A DNA stretch of 47,657 nucleotides from a virus (IMGVR_UViG_3300043416_000191:1-47657), one strand, 5' to 3'; counted from the first letter of the stretch, positions 1 through 9,847 are shown. Program-made: numbers and translations. The notes: generated from the sequence alone by a model not told the origin.

Positions 1-127
1 AAGTCTTTAACACTAACCGTATCGTTAAGCTTAGACGCTACTGTACGAGCAACTGCACCTGTGCCAGAAGTAATAGTACCAACTAAGGTCGAGCCTGTGG
101 ATGCTGATAATTGCGGTAATGTACAAT
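1..127. repeat. Terminal direct repeat (identical to 47531-47657); circular-assembly overlap
   Basis: The first 127 nt are identical to the last 127 nt, and an ORF reads through the join. 127 is a common assembler k-mer length. Confidence 0.95.
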
Positions 128-497
128 TAGTTAAAGTGCCTGAAGTTGGAGTGCCTAATATTGGAGTAACAAAGGATGGTGACGTACTTAAAACCGTACT
201 GCCTGTTCCAGTGCTTGTAGTTACACCAGTGCCTCCATTTCCTACACCAACAACACCAGTTACAGATGATGCTGTGCCGGTAGTATTCTGATTTAAAATA
301 GGGAAAGTACAGTTTACTAAATCACCAGTTGGAGTGCCTAAATTAGCGCCCGATAATGTTAAACCTGTAATGGTGCTTGCAATTTCTCCTAATATTATAG
401 GGGTACTACCAATTGTTATTGGGGTTGCAAAATTACTATCTAATTGAGATAACGGAATTTGCCCAGATTGATTTGCAAAAGTAGTTAAAGTTGTCAT
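1..497 (-). CDS. Tailspike/depolymerase, N-terminal part (continues at 47530 down to 45949; 692 aa in total)
   Basis: ATG at 497 (MTTLTTFANQSGQIPLSQLDSNF...) stays open to base 1 and joins in frame ...ARTVASKLNDTVSVKDFGAVGNGVADDTPAIQAAIN. 497+1582=2079 nt = 693 codons. Confidence 0.85.
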   Translation of the reverse strand, partial: MTTLTTFANQSGQIPLSQLDSNFATPITIGSTPIILGEIASTITGLTLSGANLGTPTGDLVNCTFPILNQNTTGTASSVTGVVGVGNGGTGVTTSTGTGSTVLSTSPSFVTPILGTPTSGTLTNCTLPQLSASTGSTLVGTITSGTGAVARTVASKLNDTVSVKD

Positions 498-509
498 GTA
501 TTTTTCCTG

Positions 510-1907
510 TTAAACCAATAATACCGTTATATTAGATGGAGCAAGAACAGGCAATTGGTCTATTCCATAATTTATCAATAGCGCATATTGTCTAGCTGTA
601 CCCGTACCTACACCAGCAGTTACCGCTTGAAAAAATGAACCTACTGCATAAGTAACCCCAGATGTACCTGCTATTGTATTCCATTGGGCATTTGTTGTGC
701 CTGGTAAAACTAATATCTGATAAAACTGACCAATAACAAAAGAGGTAGCAACAACAGAATTGGTAGTAGTCAGATAAACTTCAATAACATTTACATTAGG
801 GTTTATGGCGTTAATATTGCCATAATACCGACCAGAATAGGTAGATGCGCCAATTCCAACTGCTGGGCCATTTCCATCTAAGCCTTCAAATGACTGTACA
901 ACAGCATTTTGTGTTAATTGAATAATATTTGATGGCACTAAAGTGTTATTTGCTATTTTTACAACAAAAAAGGTATTGGTGCTACCTGCATTTAACCAAG
1001 TCACTGTATAAGGCACTGGAGGAATGTAATTACTATCTGTTACTACAGTTGTTCCCAGTGTGGCATAACTACCTGCTGTAGTTACATAGCCACAGCCTGG
1101 AGGTTTATTGTTCCAGATAGCCGTACCTATTTCAGATGCAGTACCACCAGCTACACTTACGCATACAGAATGTGCTGGAATAGGGTAGTTTGTTGCCCCA
1201 TAATTCTGTGTTGTTCCTAAAGGATTATCAACCACAAATACTTGCAAAATACCTGTTATAGAAGCTAATGCAGCATAAATTGATTGTATTGAGTTTACTG
1301 AATTAACAGCAACTGATGCGGATCTACGAGCTTCAAAAGCTTGTCTTGATTCAACATCATTACCTAATGCGCCAGCAGAAGGATTGGTAATTGTATCCCA
1401 GCCAGCAATGGCAGTAACAATTATGGTTAGAGCGCCAGGGTTACAAGCAATAGCTCCAGTTGTTTGATTCTGAAAAGGTATAGTAATAGAGCCAGTAGCT
1501 GGAATAACCCCAGATTCTGTTGAAGAATATAAATAACCTGTTGTATCCTGTGCCACAGTTCCAATTGGAATAACTGTATTCACTGCGCCCAAACAAGTAC
1601 AATTTACAACTGTGCCTTCTGCTTGAATACGAGTTATAAAGTAAATTTCACCAATAGCATCTTGCCAAATACCAGATGCCATACTTGGATTAACTTGGTT
1701 AGCAATGTAAGCTATTTGGCTATTCTTATCGCCAATAATTGCTGTTTCAGTTTGTGCCAATTGGCCTTGAGGGGTTTGCAGGGATGGGTTTACACCACCG
1801 CCAAACGCAGCATTTATATCAGCTTGAACTCCAGCTAATATAGCTTGTTCATTAGGAATTACTGGGCTTCCATTTTCCCATTGTATGGCAGGAACATTTG
1901 TACTCAT
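510..1907 (-). CDS. Baseplate J-like wedge protein
   Basis: 465 aa with TPQGQL, A.GIWQDAIG and G.DVESRQAFEARR motifs typical of gpJ/gp47; position in the baseplate cluster. Confidence 0.85.
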   Translation of the reverse strand: MSTNVPAIQWENGSPVIPNEQAILAGVQADINAAFGGGVNPSLQTPQGQLAQTETAIIGDKNSQIAYIANQVNPSMASGIWQDAIGEIYFITRIQAEGTVVNCTCLGAVNTVIPIGTVAQDTTGYLYSSTESGVIPATGSITIPFQNQTTGAIACNPGALTIIVTAIAGWDTITNPSAGALGNDVESRQAFEARRSASVAVNSVNSIQSIYAALASITGILQVFVVDNPLGTTQNYGATNYPIPAHSVCVSVAGGTASEIGTAIWNNKPPGCGYVTTAGSYATLGTTVVTDSNYIPPVPYTVTWLNAGSTNTFFVVKIANNTLVPSNIIQLTQNAVVQSFEGLDGNGPAVGIGASTYSGRYYGNINAINPNVNVIEVYLTTTNSVVATSFVIGQFYQILVLPGTTNAQWNTIAGTSGVTYAVGSFFQAVTAGVGTGTARQYALLINYGIDQLPVLAPSNITVLLV

Positions 1908-2276
1908 TTATCCTCCGAAAGGTACAATAGCAGGGTTACTGTCTGCATCAGTTATTAATATTACACCTTCTATAGCTCGATTAACAAAATTTACAATAGA
2001 AGCTTCTGCACTAATAATATTAGGGATGGTTAAGGCTTCTAAGCTTATCTGTTGTTCTATATACCCTATTGGGGGTAATTGACCTAATATTTGTTGCCAG
2101 TATGGTATTCCTAAATTTGTATTGTACCAACATTCGCCAAGGAATGTCCTAACTGCTGATGTTACATCTTGAGCATAGGAATAGGGAGTGCCAGCTAAAG
2201 CTATATTGCCATTTATATCTAGCACTAAATCCCAAGCTGACTGATCGAGTAACAAAGTATTTTGTATCGTTGTCAT
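1908..2276 (-). CDS. Baseplate wedge/sheath-initiator (gp25/gp46-like) protein
   Basis: WDLVLD.NGNIA and FLGECWYNT.LGIPY motifs; lies between the spike and gpJ. Confidence 0.7.
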   Translation of the reverse strand: MTTIQNTLLLDQSAWDLVLDINGNIALAGTPYSYAQDVTSAVRTFLGECWYNTNLGIPYWQQILGQLPPIGYIEQQISLEALTIPNIISAEASIVNFVNRAIEGVILITDADSNPAIVPFGG

Positions 2277-2929
2277 TAAGTTGGCGCTCCTGTATTTCCA
2301 GATCCTGTCGTTACATTACTATGCGTATGTGTAGAACCAACATTTTTAGTGTTATTCTTCAATGTGCCTGTTGTTTCAACATCGCCAACCACAGTAAGCT
2401 TACCATTAATATTTATGTTTGTAGCGTTGATTGTAACAGTAGTTGGCGATGTTATCGTTATTCCAGTTGAATTAAATTGCACATATTGAGTTGGGGTTGC
2501 ACCAATGATTGTTTGGATATAAATCATATCAGACATATCATGTTTACGAAGACTGCCGGGAGCTGAAACTTTACCTGTATTTTTTACAGTGCTTATATCC
2601 CTATCACACACAGTTGCAATACCTACATCGCCAATAGCAGGATCTAAGATAATACCATTAGCTCCACCTTGCACACGCATGTATGGTACATTATGGATAA
2701 TTCCATGAGGCCATAAATTGCCAGAGCCATCAACTGAGCTTACTAATGGCTGTACATTAACTGTTCCTACTGGTGATAATCCTCCGGCATTTGATACTGC
2801 AATAACTTTTACAGGAATAGCAGTTCGTATGCCAGCTAAAGCATTGTTAATAACAAACTGTAATCTGCCAATTTCTGATGAATAATCTGCTGTGACTAAA
2901 GAAGGTGTTGTATTAGTTCCTTGCGACAT
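2276..2929 (-). CDS. Baseplate central spike (gpV/Gp138-like)
   Basis: OB-fold-like N-terminus (GTVNVQPLV, P.IGDVG, DRDIS), beta-rich C-terminus and a terminal HTH metal-binding motif (THTHSNV..GSGNTGAP). Confidence 0.85.
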   Translation of the reverse strand: MSQGTNTTPSLVTADYSSEIGRLQFVINNALAGIRTAIPVKVIAVSNAGGLSPVGTVNVQPLVSSVDGSGNLWPHGIIHNVPYMRVQGGANGIILDPAIGDVGIATVCDRDISTVKNTGKVSAPGSLRKHDMSDMIYIQTIIGATPTQYVQFNSTGITITSPTTVTINATNININGKLTVVGDVETTGTLKNNTKNVGSTHTHSNVTTGSGNTGAPT

Positions 2930-3782
2930 AATCTGACCCTCCTCTGTTTAATATACAATTAGTAAACCAAGGCCCATCTGGTGTTACTGAGCTTAATTCA
3001 TGTGTTATTACATGAGCATCCCAAAGACCATTTGCTTTTATAATAGCAGTGGTCAAATTTATTTTTCTACCATTAGCGATAGCCGCATTAAATTGAGTTT
3101 TGATAGAAAACCCTGCTGGAATATATGCAGGATAACCGACTAACCCTTGTTGTGGAGTAATAGCTACTACTACGCCATCTACATTATTACCATTAGACCA
3201 AATAGATACAATATTGTTTTCTATTTTAATAGGTAAACAAGCTGCTTTAGCAACCGTCTGAATTTGCTGTATGACTGAACCACTTAAATATTGATTGGTA
3301 ACTATTGCATGGGCATTGTTATTATAATTTTGAAAAGCCCAAGTCTTCCCCATTGATTTAGTTAATGCTTCTATAATATCTTCTGCATTTTGAGAGCCTG
3401 GATAAGTATTAGGCGCAACAGGCGTTATTTTTTCTAAATAACCAGCAGCAGCAGAAACAACAAAAGATACATCTGGAACACTAGAAAAATCAATAAAACT
3501 ACTATAGATATGCCCACTAAACACCTGTAATAAAGGATTACCTTCATCCCCAACAACAACAGTTACTGAATAGTTTTGAGCTTGAACTAAATTAGCGCCT
3601 TCAGAGGAGTATTGATTCATATGCTCCAAACTCATGCCATATACTTTAAGTTGTATTTGAGCAATAGAGTTATCTCCACCAGGGTTAAATATAACCGCTT
3701 GGCATCGCATACCCTCCAAAACAACCGTTCCTTCCTGAGATCCGGAAAACTGTAAATTTATTTGGCGAGTAACAAAATTCAT
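2913..3782 (-). CDS. Baseplate hub protein
   Basis: 289 aa with GLVGYP and ITHELSS..PDGPW motifs; position upstream of the spike. Confidence 0.7.
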   Translation of the reverse strand: MNFVTRQINLQFSGSQEGTVVLEGMRCQAVIFNPGGDNSIAQIQLKVYGMSLEHMNQYSSEGANLVQAQNYSVTVVVGDEGNPLLQVFSGHIYSSFIDFSSVPDVSFVVSAAAGYLEKITPVAPNTYPGSQNAEDIIEALTKSMGKTWAFQNYNNNAHAIVTNQYLSGSVIQQIQTVAKAACLPIKIENNIVSIWSNGNNVDGVVVAITPQQGLVGYPAYIPAGFSIKTQFNAAIANGRKINLTTAIIKANGLWDAHVITHELSSVTPDGPWFTNCILNRGGSDYVARN

Positions 3783-4075
3783 GCTTGATAAAACAATTGG
3801 TATCGTGTGCCTAATCCCGAATAATCAGGATCATTAGTGCCTTGTGTATCATAAAAGAATAACTGACCAGTAAAGCCAAGATAAGCCTCTCTAACAAGCC
3901 CTACAAGATTAAGGCACAACATTGTACTAACTATAGGATTATTGTTTACTACAAGGTCGCAGTAAAGCCCTGTGGACAATTGATATACATTAATGGCGCA
4001 TTGTTGTGAACCAAGCAATACTGTAAAAGATTGTGCGCCAGTTTTAATTAAAGGTATTGTTTGATAAGATGCCAT
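3779..4075 (-). CDS. Small baseplate protein
   Basis: 98 aa with YLGF.G.L.F.DTQG..DP.Y.GLG.RYQL, as seen in this myovirus group. Confidence 0.6.
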   Translation of the reverse strand: MASYQTIPLIKTGAQSFTVLLGSQQCAINVYQLSTGLYCDLVVNNNPIVSTMLCLNLVGLVREAYLGFTGQLFFYDTQGTNDPDYSGLGTRYQLFYQA

Positions 4076-4076
4076 T

Positions 4077-4877
4077 TTAATTTACCAATAATTCATTAGT
4101 TGGAAGATTAGTGCCTATTGGAGTCATTTTTGGAAGCGGAGAAACCTGACCTAAAGCAAATGTTTGTGCCGCTTGTGGAGCAGCGACAGGTAAAGATGGG
4201 TTTGGAGCAATACGCACTTCTTGAAATGTTAATTCGGCAATTAATAAAACAGCGCCATTCCTAGCATCTTTTCTATAGTCAAAATTAACTAAACTTGCCG
4301 AATTATATACTTTATCTGGAGTGACTATACTAAGAAGCTTTGTGCTATTTAATAATACTAAAATTTGATTTATAAAAGCACTTATTTCAAAAATATTACT
4401 TTTAGTAACTATCAGTTTTATTTCATAAGGCAACGTAACTTTGTTATAGCTTTGAAAACTACCTTGTTCAACAGGGTAATTAGGTATCTTATGAATCTCT
4501 TTATATTCAAATTTAACAAAAGAATCTGGCTTTAAAGCATAAGTTCCTTTAATGCTAACATTTATTACTTGAGTTGTTCCTAAAGTAGCTGTATTTCCTA
4601 AAAATAAAGAAGTATTAATTGTTGCAGTATTTACTGAGTTTTGTGTTACTAAATATTCTGGATTGGTACTATCAAAACTATCTTCATATAAAATTCCCCA
4701 AATAGCATGTTGATTTGCTTGTTTAGGATAAATAGGAAGAGTATTTTTAAGTTTTTTATACAAAGCATATAGCTCTGCCGCCACAGCTAAACCTACAGCG
4801 ATTCCTTGGCTTGCGGATCTGCTAATAGGGGGAACGCCCGGTAATGGTGGTACGTCTGGATAAGGTATATTTGACAT
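4077..4877 (-). CDS. Tail tube initiator/Dit-like baseplate protein
   Basis: YPVEQGSFQSYNKV..P and LTFQEVR motifs; directly after the tape measure gene. Confidence 0.65.
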   Translation of the reverse strand: MSNIPYPDVPPLPGVPPISRSASQGIAVGLAVAAELYALYKKLKNTLPIYPKQANQHAIWGILYEDSFDSTNPEYLVTQNSVNTATINTSLFLGNTATLGTTQVINVSIKGTYALKPDSFVKFEYKEIHKIPNYPVEQGSFQSYNKVTLPYEIKLIVTKSNIFEISAFINQILVLLNSTKLLSIVTPDKVYNSASLVNFDYRKDARNGAVLLIAELTFQEVRIAPNPSLPVAAPQAAQTFALGQVSPLPKMTPIGTNLPTNELLVN

Positions 4878-6586
4878 TATTTAAGCGTTCCCCCTACTCC
4901 GTTGTAAACCATAGAATTATCTTTTATTGCTTGACCTAGATCACGAGCAATTCCATCACCATCAGTTGCTTTTGTATTAACAGTAACCCCATTAACAGTA
5001 ACTTGTGTATTGCTAGAATTGTTGTTGCTAGAACTCATAGGAGCGTTTGCCTTTGATCCTACCATAGTTCCTTCATTCATCATTACCCCTTGTCTGAGGG
5101 AAGATAATTGATCGATAGTAAGATGCTGATATTCTCCAAATCCAGTAGATTTTGTAACATTAGAAATAGCAGAAGGGGCGTCTTTTAAATCTTTTCCTCC
5201 TCCTAAATAACCTAATGTTTTCCCTTTTCCATAGTATAAATCATGAATAGTTTGCAATCCATGCTCATATTTTCTTTTTAATAATCTATCCATAGCTGCA
5301 TCACCTGCTTCTATAGATGGAAATATACCAAAACCACCTTGTCCTGATGTATCTTTATCTAATCCTGTTGCTCCTGCCGCTTGTGCAGAAGATAATGATT
5401 CATAATGTAGATTACCACGATTATTGTTTCTATTACCTCTAGTTGCCCCAGTATTTGTTATTGGGCCACCAGGGCCAGTATTACCATTAGAAACATTTTC
5501 TGCTTCTTCTCCAAATATTTGTTTATTTATAGCTTTAAAAAATGATGTGTTATGAAGATATTTTAAAGTTTTTTCATAAAGATTTGCCGTAGATTCAGAT
5601 GCTTTAGATAAAAGATCAATTAATTTAGTTAATGATGGAAACATTCCTTCACTAATTACATTCTTTAACCCAGTAAATGACTGAGATAAAGTAGCATTTG
5701 CTTTAGTATATTCGGTAGATAAGGCTATTAATTCTGGAGTTACATGCCCAATTTTTTTATATTCTTCACTTAATTCTTTTAACGCATCTCCACCAAGAAG
5801 CAATAATTTAAAAGTTGATTCATTATAACCAAATTGACCAGTAAACATTTTAGCCCTTTGAATGGCAGCAGTTTCGCCACCAGGCATTTTGTCTTTTGTG
5901 TCTTCTATGTATTTTTTTACTTTTTCAGCAACAACATCAAATTTATCAATATCTTTTGTATCTAATTGCAATATAGATGCAGAAACAATAGCGCCTTGGC
6001 TTCCACCCCAAGTAGCAAAATCAGTTAAAGCAGATTGTATTGATTGTAAAGAACCGATTACATCTTCTTCAGAACCACCAACTGCTTTTGCTAAGGCTCC
6101 CCAGCTTTGTAATTCTTCTGATGGAACGCCTAATATAATAGATTGACGACCTAGTTCTGCACTGTTTTTAGCAGTTTCAGAAACCATAGCATTTAAAGCT
6201 TTAATTCCTGCTAAACCAAGAAAGGCAGTTCCAAAACCAAGCAAGGCATCTTTGGCTTTATCAAAGCCATCAGCAGTCTTTTTGGTGTTTACATGGGTTT
6301 CTTTAGCAATTTTGTCGGATTGTTTGCCAGCTTTGTTTTCTTCTTCAGAGGCTTTCTTCTTTTCGACAGTGGTTTTTTTATCTTCAGTAGCAGATTTTTT
6401 CTTTTCTGCCCCTGTTTTTTTGGTAGCATCTTCTGCTTTTTTAGAACTTTCTACTTCTGCATTAGCTGTTTTTTCAGCTTCTTCTGATATTTTCTTTAAA
6501 TCAGCTACAATCTTCTTCTGTTCAGAATTAAATTTAGACGCATCAATGCCTAATTCTATAAGTAATGAGTCTATAACAGTAGCCAT
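4877..6586 (-). CDS. Tape measure protein with C-terminal lysozyme-like domain
   Basis: MATVIDSLLIELGID start, helical Ala/Lys-rich body, and RGNRNNNRGNL...GFGIFPS.EAG..AM..LL..KY lysozyme-like motif. Confidence 0.8.
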   Translation of the reverse strand: MATVIDSLLIELGIDASKFNSEQKKIVADLKKISEEAEKTANAEVESSKKAEDATKKTGAEKKKSATEDKKTTVEKKKASEEENKAGKQSDKIAKETHVNTKKTADGFDKAKDALLGFGTAFLGLAGIKALNAMVSETAKNSAELGRQSIILGVPSEELQSWGALAKAVGGSEEDVIGSLQSIQSALTDFATWGGSQGAIVSASILQLDTKDIDKFDVVAEKVKKYIEDTKDKMPGGETAAIQRAKMFTGQFGYNESTFKLLLLGGDALKELSEEYKKIGHVTPELIALSTEYTKANATLSQSFTGLKNVISEGMFPSLTKLIDLLSKASESTANLYEKTLKYLHNTSFFKAINKQIFGEEAENVSNGNTGPGGPITNTGATRGNRNNNRGNLHYESLSSAQAAGATGLDKDTSGQGGFGIFPSIEAGDAAMDRLLKRKYEHGLQTIHDLYYGKGKTLGYLGGGKDLKDAPSAISNVTKSTGFGEYQHLTIDQLSSLRQGVMMNEGTMVGSKANAPMSSSNNNSSNTQVTVNGVTVNTKATDGDGIARDLGQAIKDNSMVYNGVGGTLK

Positions 6587-6589
6587 TCT

Positions 6590-6808
6590 TTATCCCTTAT
6601 TCATTAAATAAGCATTGTGTCGATCAACTGAATTAATTTCTAAGAGTATCCACAAATCCTCAACTCCATAAACCGTGTCTAGTTCATGGAGAGTCGCCAA
6701 TCTTGACGACACAACAGTTGCTATCGTTTGGGGCGTGGCTTGATACTCAATGAGCTTAACTGGCTTACCTGCGTTTCTGACTCCGAAGTCGATTGGTTTT
6801 CGTTTAAA
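6590..6808 (-). CDS. Tail assembly chaperone, -1 frameshift extension (gpGT-like)
   Basis: Overlaps the upstream chaperone in the -1 frame at a T9-AAAC slippery site. Contains LATLHELDTVYGVEDLW. Confidence 0.7.
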   Translation of the reverse strand, partial: FKRKPIDFGVRNAGKPVKLIEYQATPQTIATVVSSRLATLHELDTVYGVEDLWILLEINSVDRHNAYLMNKG

Positions 6809-7182
6809 AAAAAATCCATATGCAGATTCCACACAGCTTTTCTTAATTTCAATCGAGTAATTGCTTCTTCAATGTCATCTTCAATCAAAGGTCGCTTAAT
6901 GTTGATAGAGGGGGCATATTGAATACACCCCATCATTTCTTCAAGAAGAGGGTGAGCCACTTCAAAAGGAATCTTTAGTAAGTTTTTATAACCCACTGCC
7001 AGCAAGCCAGCCATTCCTTGTGAAGCTAATTCTTCAGGAATTTCTATCCCAGCATTACCTACTGCTAAGATAGTCCTGATTGCCCAGTATTCAGCCTGTG
7101 AAGCTGACATTTCAGCAATAAGATAAGTTTTACCTTTATCACGCCCATCTTCAGCTACAAAGGTTGCCTCTTTACGAGCCAT
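6721..7182 (-). CDS. Tail assembly chaperone (gpG-like)
   Basis: Probable start MARKEATF at 7182 (TAATG overlap with the tube stop). GRDKGK.Y.I.EMSA.QAE.WA motif; lies between tube and tape measure. Confidence 0.75.
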   Translation of the reverse strand: MARKEATFVAEDGRDKGKTYLIAEMSASQAEYWAIRTILAVGNAGIEIPEELASQGMAGLLAVGYKNLLKIPFEVAHPLLEEMMGCIQYAPSINIKRPLIEDDIEEAITRLKLRKAVWNLHMDFFLNENQSTSESETQVSQLSSLSIKPRPKR

Positions 7183-7613
7183 TAGATTTGACCACCTACG
7201 ATACTTTGCCAAGTGATTTCATAAGTCAATGGAGTCAATGTTTTCTTAACTGCTGGAAAAGGCGTAGCAGAAGTCAGAAAGCCATTGTTCAATGTATATA
7301 ACATGCTTGTACCGGGCAGGTTAATAGACCCAAAAGCAGAGAATACATCAAGAGCTGCATTTTGAGCATTACGCCAAGCATCAAACAAAAATACACTTGG
7401 GGAATCAGCTTGAAGATGAATAGTCATTTTGTACGGTACGAATACTTTACCACCGGACAAAATACCATCAACACCCATCAATACTTCAGATTGTTGTACT
7501 GATTCTGATTCAAACGCATCATCAACGGCAAAGCCTTGGATAATTTGTGGCGTAGGGAAATACTGATTAATACCTAATGCCAGTATTGCATTTGCAGAAG
7601 TTATAGTGGCCAT
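7182..7613 (-). CDS. Tail tube protein
   Basis: 143 aa with TITSANA, MGVDG.LSGG and LQADSPS motifs; follows the sheath. Confidence 0.8.
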   Translation of the reverse strand: MATITSANAILALGINQYFPTPQIIQGFAVDDAFESESVQQSEVLMGVDGILSGGKVFVPYKMTIHLQADSPSVFLFDAWRNAQNAALDVFSAFGSINLPGTSMLYTLNNGFLTSATPFPAVKKTLTPLTYEITWQSIVGGQI

Positions 7614-7655
7614 TTTATTTATCCTATGTTTATTTAAAAATTTACTAAGTTAATG

Positions 7656-8234
7656 TTAAGGCATATCAGGCCAAACTCTATTACCTTTAGCTTGGTTTTC
7701 TTTAGCTGTAAGTATTTGTAAATTAGCTTCACAATGTAGGCCACAAACAAGTTTAGATTGTAATGGTACTATATGATCCACATGATAAATAATATTTGAG
7801 CTACTTAAATCAATTGCCTGTCTGTATATGTTATTTATTGCTTTTTCACATGCCCATAATGGCATACATCTTTTTTCTGTGATTCTTCTTTTTGAATCAT
7901 AAGACTTAACCTTGTCTTTATTGTCCTTTTTCCAATCTCTTGCTTTTAAGAGATTTTCTTCTAAATTTAAGTAATGGCTTTTTTGCCTATAATCTTTACA
8001 ATGCTCCTTATTTCTTTCTCTCCATTCTGTTCTATTTCTAGCAACTCTATCAGGATTATTTATCTTTGCTAATTTACTAGATTCTTTAGCTTTTTCAGGA
8101 TTTCTTTTTTTGTAATCTGCTGATCTTTTAGCTTCGCATGATTTACATCTATAAAATAATCCATCAAAATATCTTTTAGATTTAGGAAAATCGCTTAATA
8201 TTTTTATTTCATTACATTTAGAACAAGTTTTCAT
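7656..8234 (-). CDS. HNH homing endonuclease with N-terminal Zn-finger
   Basis: KTCSKC...CKSC at the N-terminus; YHVDHIVPLQ...VCGLHCEANLQILTA.EN..KGN at the C-terminus. Inserted between sheath and tube. Confidence 0.9.
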   Translation of the reverse strand: MKTCSKCNEIKILSDFPKSKRYFDGLFYRCKSCEAKRSADYKKRNPEKAKESSKLAKINNPDRVARNRTEWRERNKEHCKDYRQKSHYLNLEENLLKARDWKKDNKDKVKSYDSKRRITEKRCMPLWACEKAINNIYRQAIDLSSSNIIYHVDHIVPLQSKLVCGLHCEANLQILTAKENQAKGNRVWPDMP

Positions 8235-8240
8235 TATCTA

Positions 8241-8320
8241 CCCCTACAGTAAATCCCTAATAAAAAGTTGAGGTCAATCAGTTAGGGGCTGATTTTCGGA
8301 AGCGATCCTAGACCTCAAGT
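8241..8320 (-). ncRNA. Putative structured leader RNA (three-way junction plus pseudoknot) upstream of HNH gene
   Basis: Minus strand: UUGAGGUC-UA-GGA(ucgcu)UCC-GAA-AAUCAG(ccccuaa)CUGAUU-GACCUCAA. The loop is complementary to downstream UUAGGG and to the SD-region UAGGGG. Confidence 0.65.
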
Positions 8321-8322
8321 TT

Positions 8323-8328
8323 ATTATA
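8323..8328 (-). promoter_or_regulatory. -10 box (TATAAT) of the HNH cassette
   Basis: Perfect TATAAT just upstream of the structured leader. No clear -35. Confidence 0.5.
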
Positions 8329-8338
8329 TATCTATTCC

Positions 8339-9838
8339 TTATTGAATAGCTATGCTAGCAAGGGTTATAGATTGAATCGCTTCCCCATCTTGATAATATA
8401 ATGTAATCGGGGGAGAAGTTCTAGCAGCTCTAGTTATTGCAGTTGCAGGAAGTATTTGCAAGTAGAAACCTTGAGCAGCAATAGTTGGTGCAGCGTTAAA
8501 ACCTAAAGCATATTGTATCTGAGCAGCTTGTGAAGAAGACACATTAATACCAGCTCTGATTGCCCCAAAGTTTACAGCAGCATTGATTGGATCTAAAGCC
8601 GCAGCATTTATCAAGCCATTGCCAGCACTGTTATAAGGAATTGCGCCAACAGATAATAACAAATTAACCATTGCCAATTGCAAGTTTGCATTAAGCCAGA
8701 TTTGGTTTAGATAAGTGTCAGCCCATAACCATTCGCCCGATACAGAACCAGGAGTAAACCAGTTTTCATTATTAGCAGGGTTATTAGATCCAAAAGCTGC
8801 ATAAGCATTGTAACCATTACTAAGAACAGCATTGTAATCAGTAGCATTGCTAACTGAAGGAGTAAGACCAGATTGCATTTTGAAACACAAAGTTGATCTA
8901 CCATTCAATCGAGTAAAGTCTAATGAAGCCGCATAACCACATACAAAAGCCGCTAGAGAAGATTCCCCAGCATTTGAATATACAGGGCATGTTCCAACTA
9001 TCTGTAATTCTTGTAAATAGTTACCAAAAGTAACAGTGTTATTTGCAGTCAAAGCATTAACGTCTGAATCTTGACATACATACAAATAACGAGGAGAAAC
9101 AGAATTACTCCAATTAGCAAAAGCTTCTTTTTCAGCAAGCAATGATTCCCAAACTGTCATGAAAGTTGCCCAGTTTTGATTCTGGTTAATTATATCATTC
9201 ATAAAGGTTGCAACAACAGCAGCACCAGCGCCTTGAGAGGTTGTTGCTCCAGTTGCTTGAGTTAATGCTAAGTTAGCCGCCAATGCAGTTGCACCTGCAA
9301 AACTCATTGTTTGAGTTGCCCCAGGCGCAGTAGTAGTAAATATAAAAGCAGAATGAACTGAACTATAAGCAACTGTAAACCCTGGGGTTACAAAAGCAGC
9401 TTGAATAATAGTAGCCGCATTACTAAAACTTGTAGCGCCAGTTAAATTAATAGCACCTGACGTTTTCACAACGCCTGCTACAGTAATTGCTAAAGTACCC
9501 GTAAATGCTTGTAATTGACCTAAAGTAACAGCCTCTAATGAACCGCCTCTTAACCAGCCAGCAATCGCTGTTTCAGGATAACGAGTCATTAATAAAGCGC
9601 CTGGCAACTGAGTGCTTATTGAATAACTATTAAAATAGTTAGTAGCTAAAGTAGCTTCAGTTGATGTTGCCCCAAAATAAGAACTAACTCCAACAGCATC
9701 AGCAAATTGAAGAATAGTGCCATATGGCGCATAAGCGTTTTGTGTCAGCATTAGTCCGTTAAGATCAACAGCAATTCCACCAGCCGACAAAACGGAGGGA
9801 ACTACTGATACTACTTGTGAAAATGGAATGGTACTCAT
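8339..9838 (-). CDS. Tail sheath protein (DUF3383-like)
   Basis: 499 aa with IP.SQVVSVVPSVL.AGG start, W.D.Y.NQIWLNA.LQ and R..R.SPPI.L.Y.DG motifs. Confidence 0.88.
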   Translation of the reverse strand: MSTIPFSQVVSVVPSVLSAGGIAVDLNGLMLTQNAYAPYGTILQFADAVGVSSYFGATSTEATLATNYFNSYSISTQLPGALLMTRYPETAIAGWLRGGSLEAVTLGQLQAFTGTLAITVAGVVKTSGAINLTGATSFSNAATIIQAAFVTPGFTVAYSSVHSAFIFTTTAPGATQTMSFAGATALAANLALTQATGATTSQGAGAAVVATFMNDIINQNQNWATFMTVWESLLAEKEAFANWSNSVSPRYLYVCQDSDVNALTANNTVTFGNYLQELQIVGTCPVYSNAGESSLAAFVCGYAASLDFTRLNGRSTLCFKMQSGLTPSVSNATDYNAVLSNGYNAYAAFGSNNPANNENWFTPGSVSGEWLWADTYLNQIWLNANLQLAMVNLLLSVGAIPYNSAGNGLINAAALDPINAAVNFGAIRAGINVSSSQAAQIQYALGFNAAPTIAAQGFYLQILPATAITRAARTSPPITLYYQDGEAIQSITLASIAIQ

Positions 9839-9847
9839 AAAAATCCC

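Noticed and set aside
1-127. Biological direct terminal repeat
   Set aside because: It is exactly 127 nt and falls in the middle of the tailspike gene, so an assembler overlap is the better explanation.
8241-8320. Hammerhead ribozyme call for the HNH leader RNAs
   Set aside because: The three-stem topology with GAAA is reminiscent, but the catalytic CUGANGA core is missing (only CUAG), so a canonical hammerhead is not supported.
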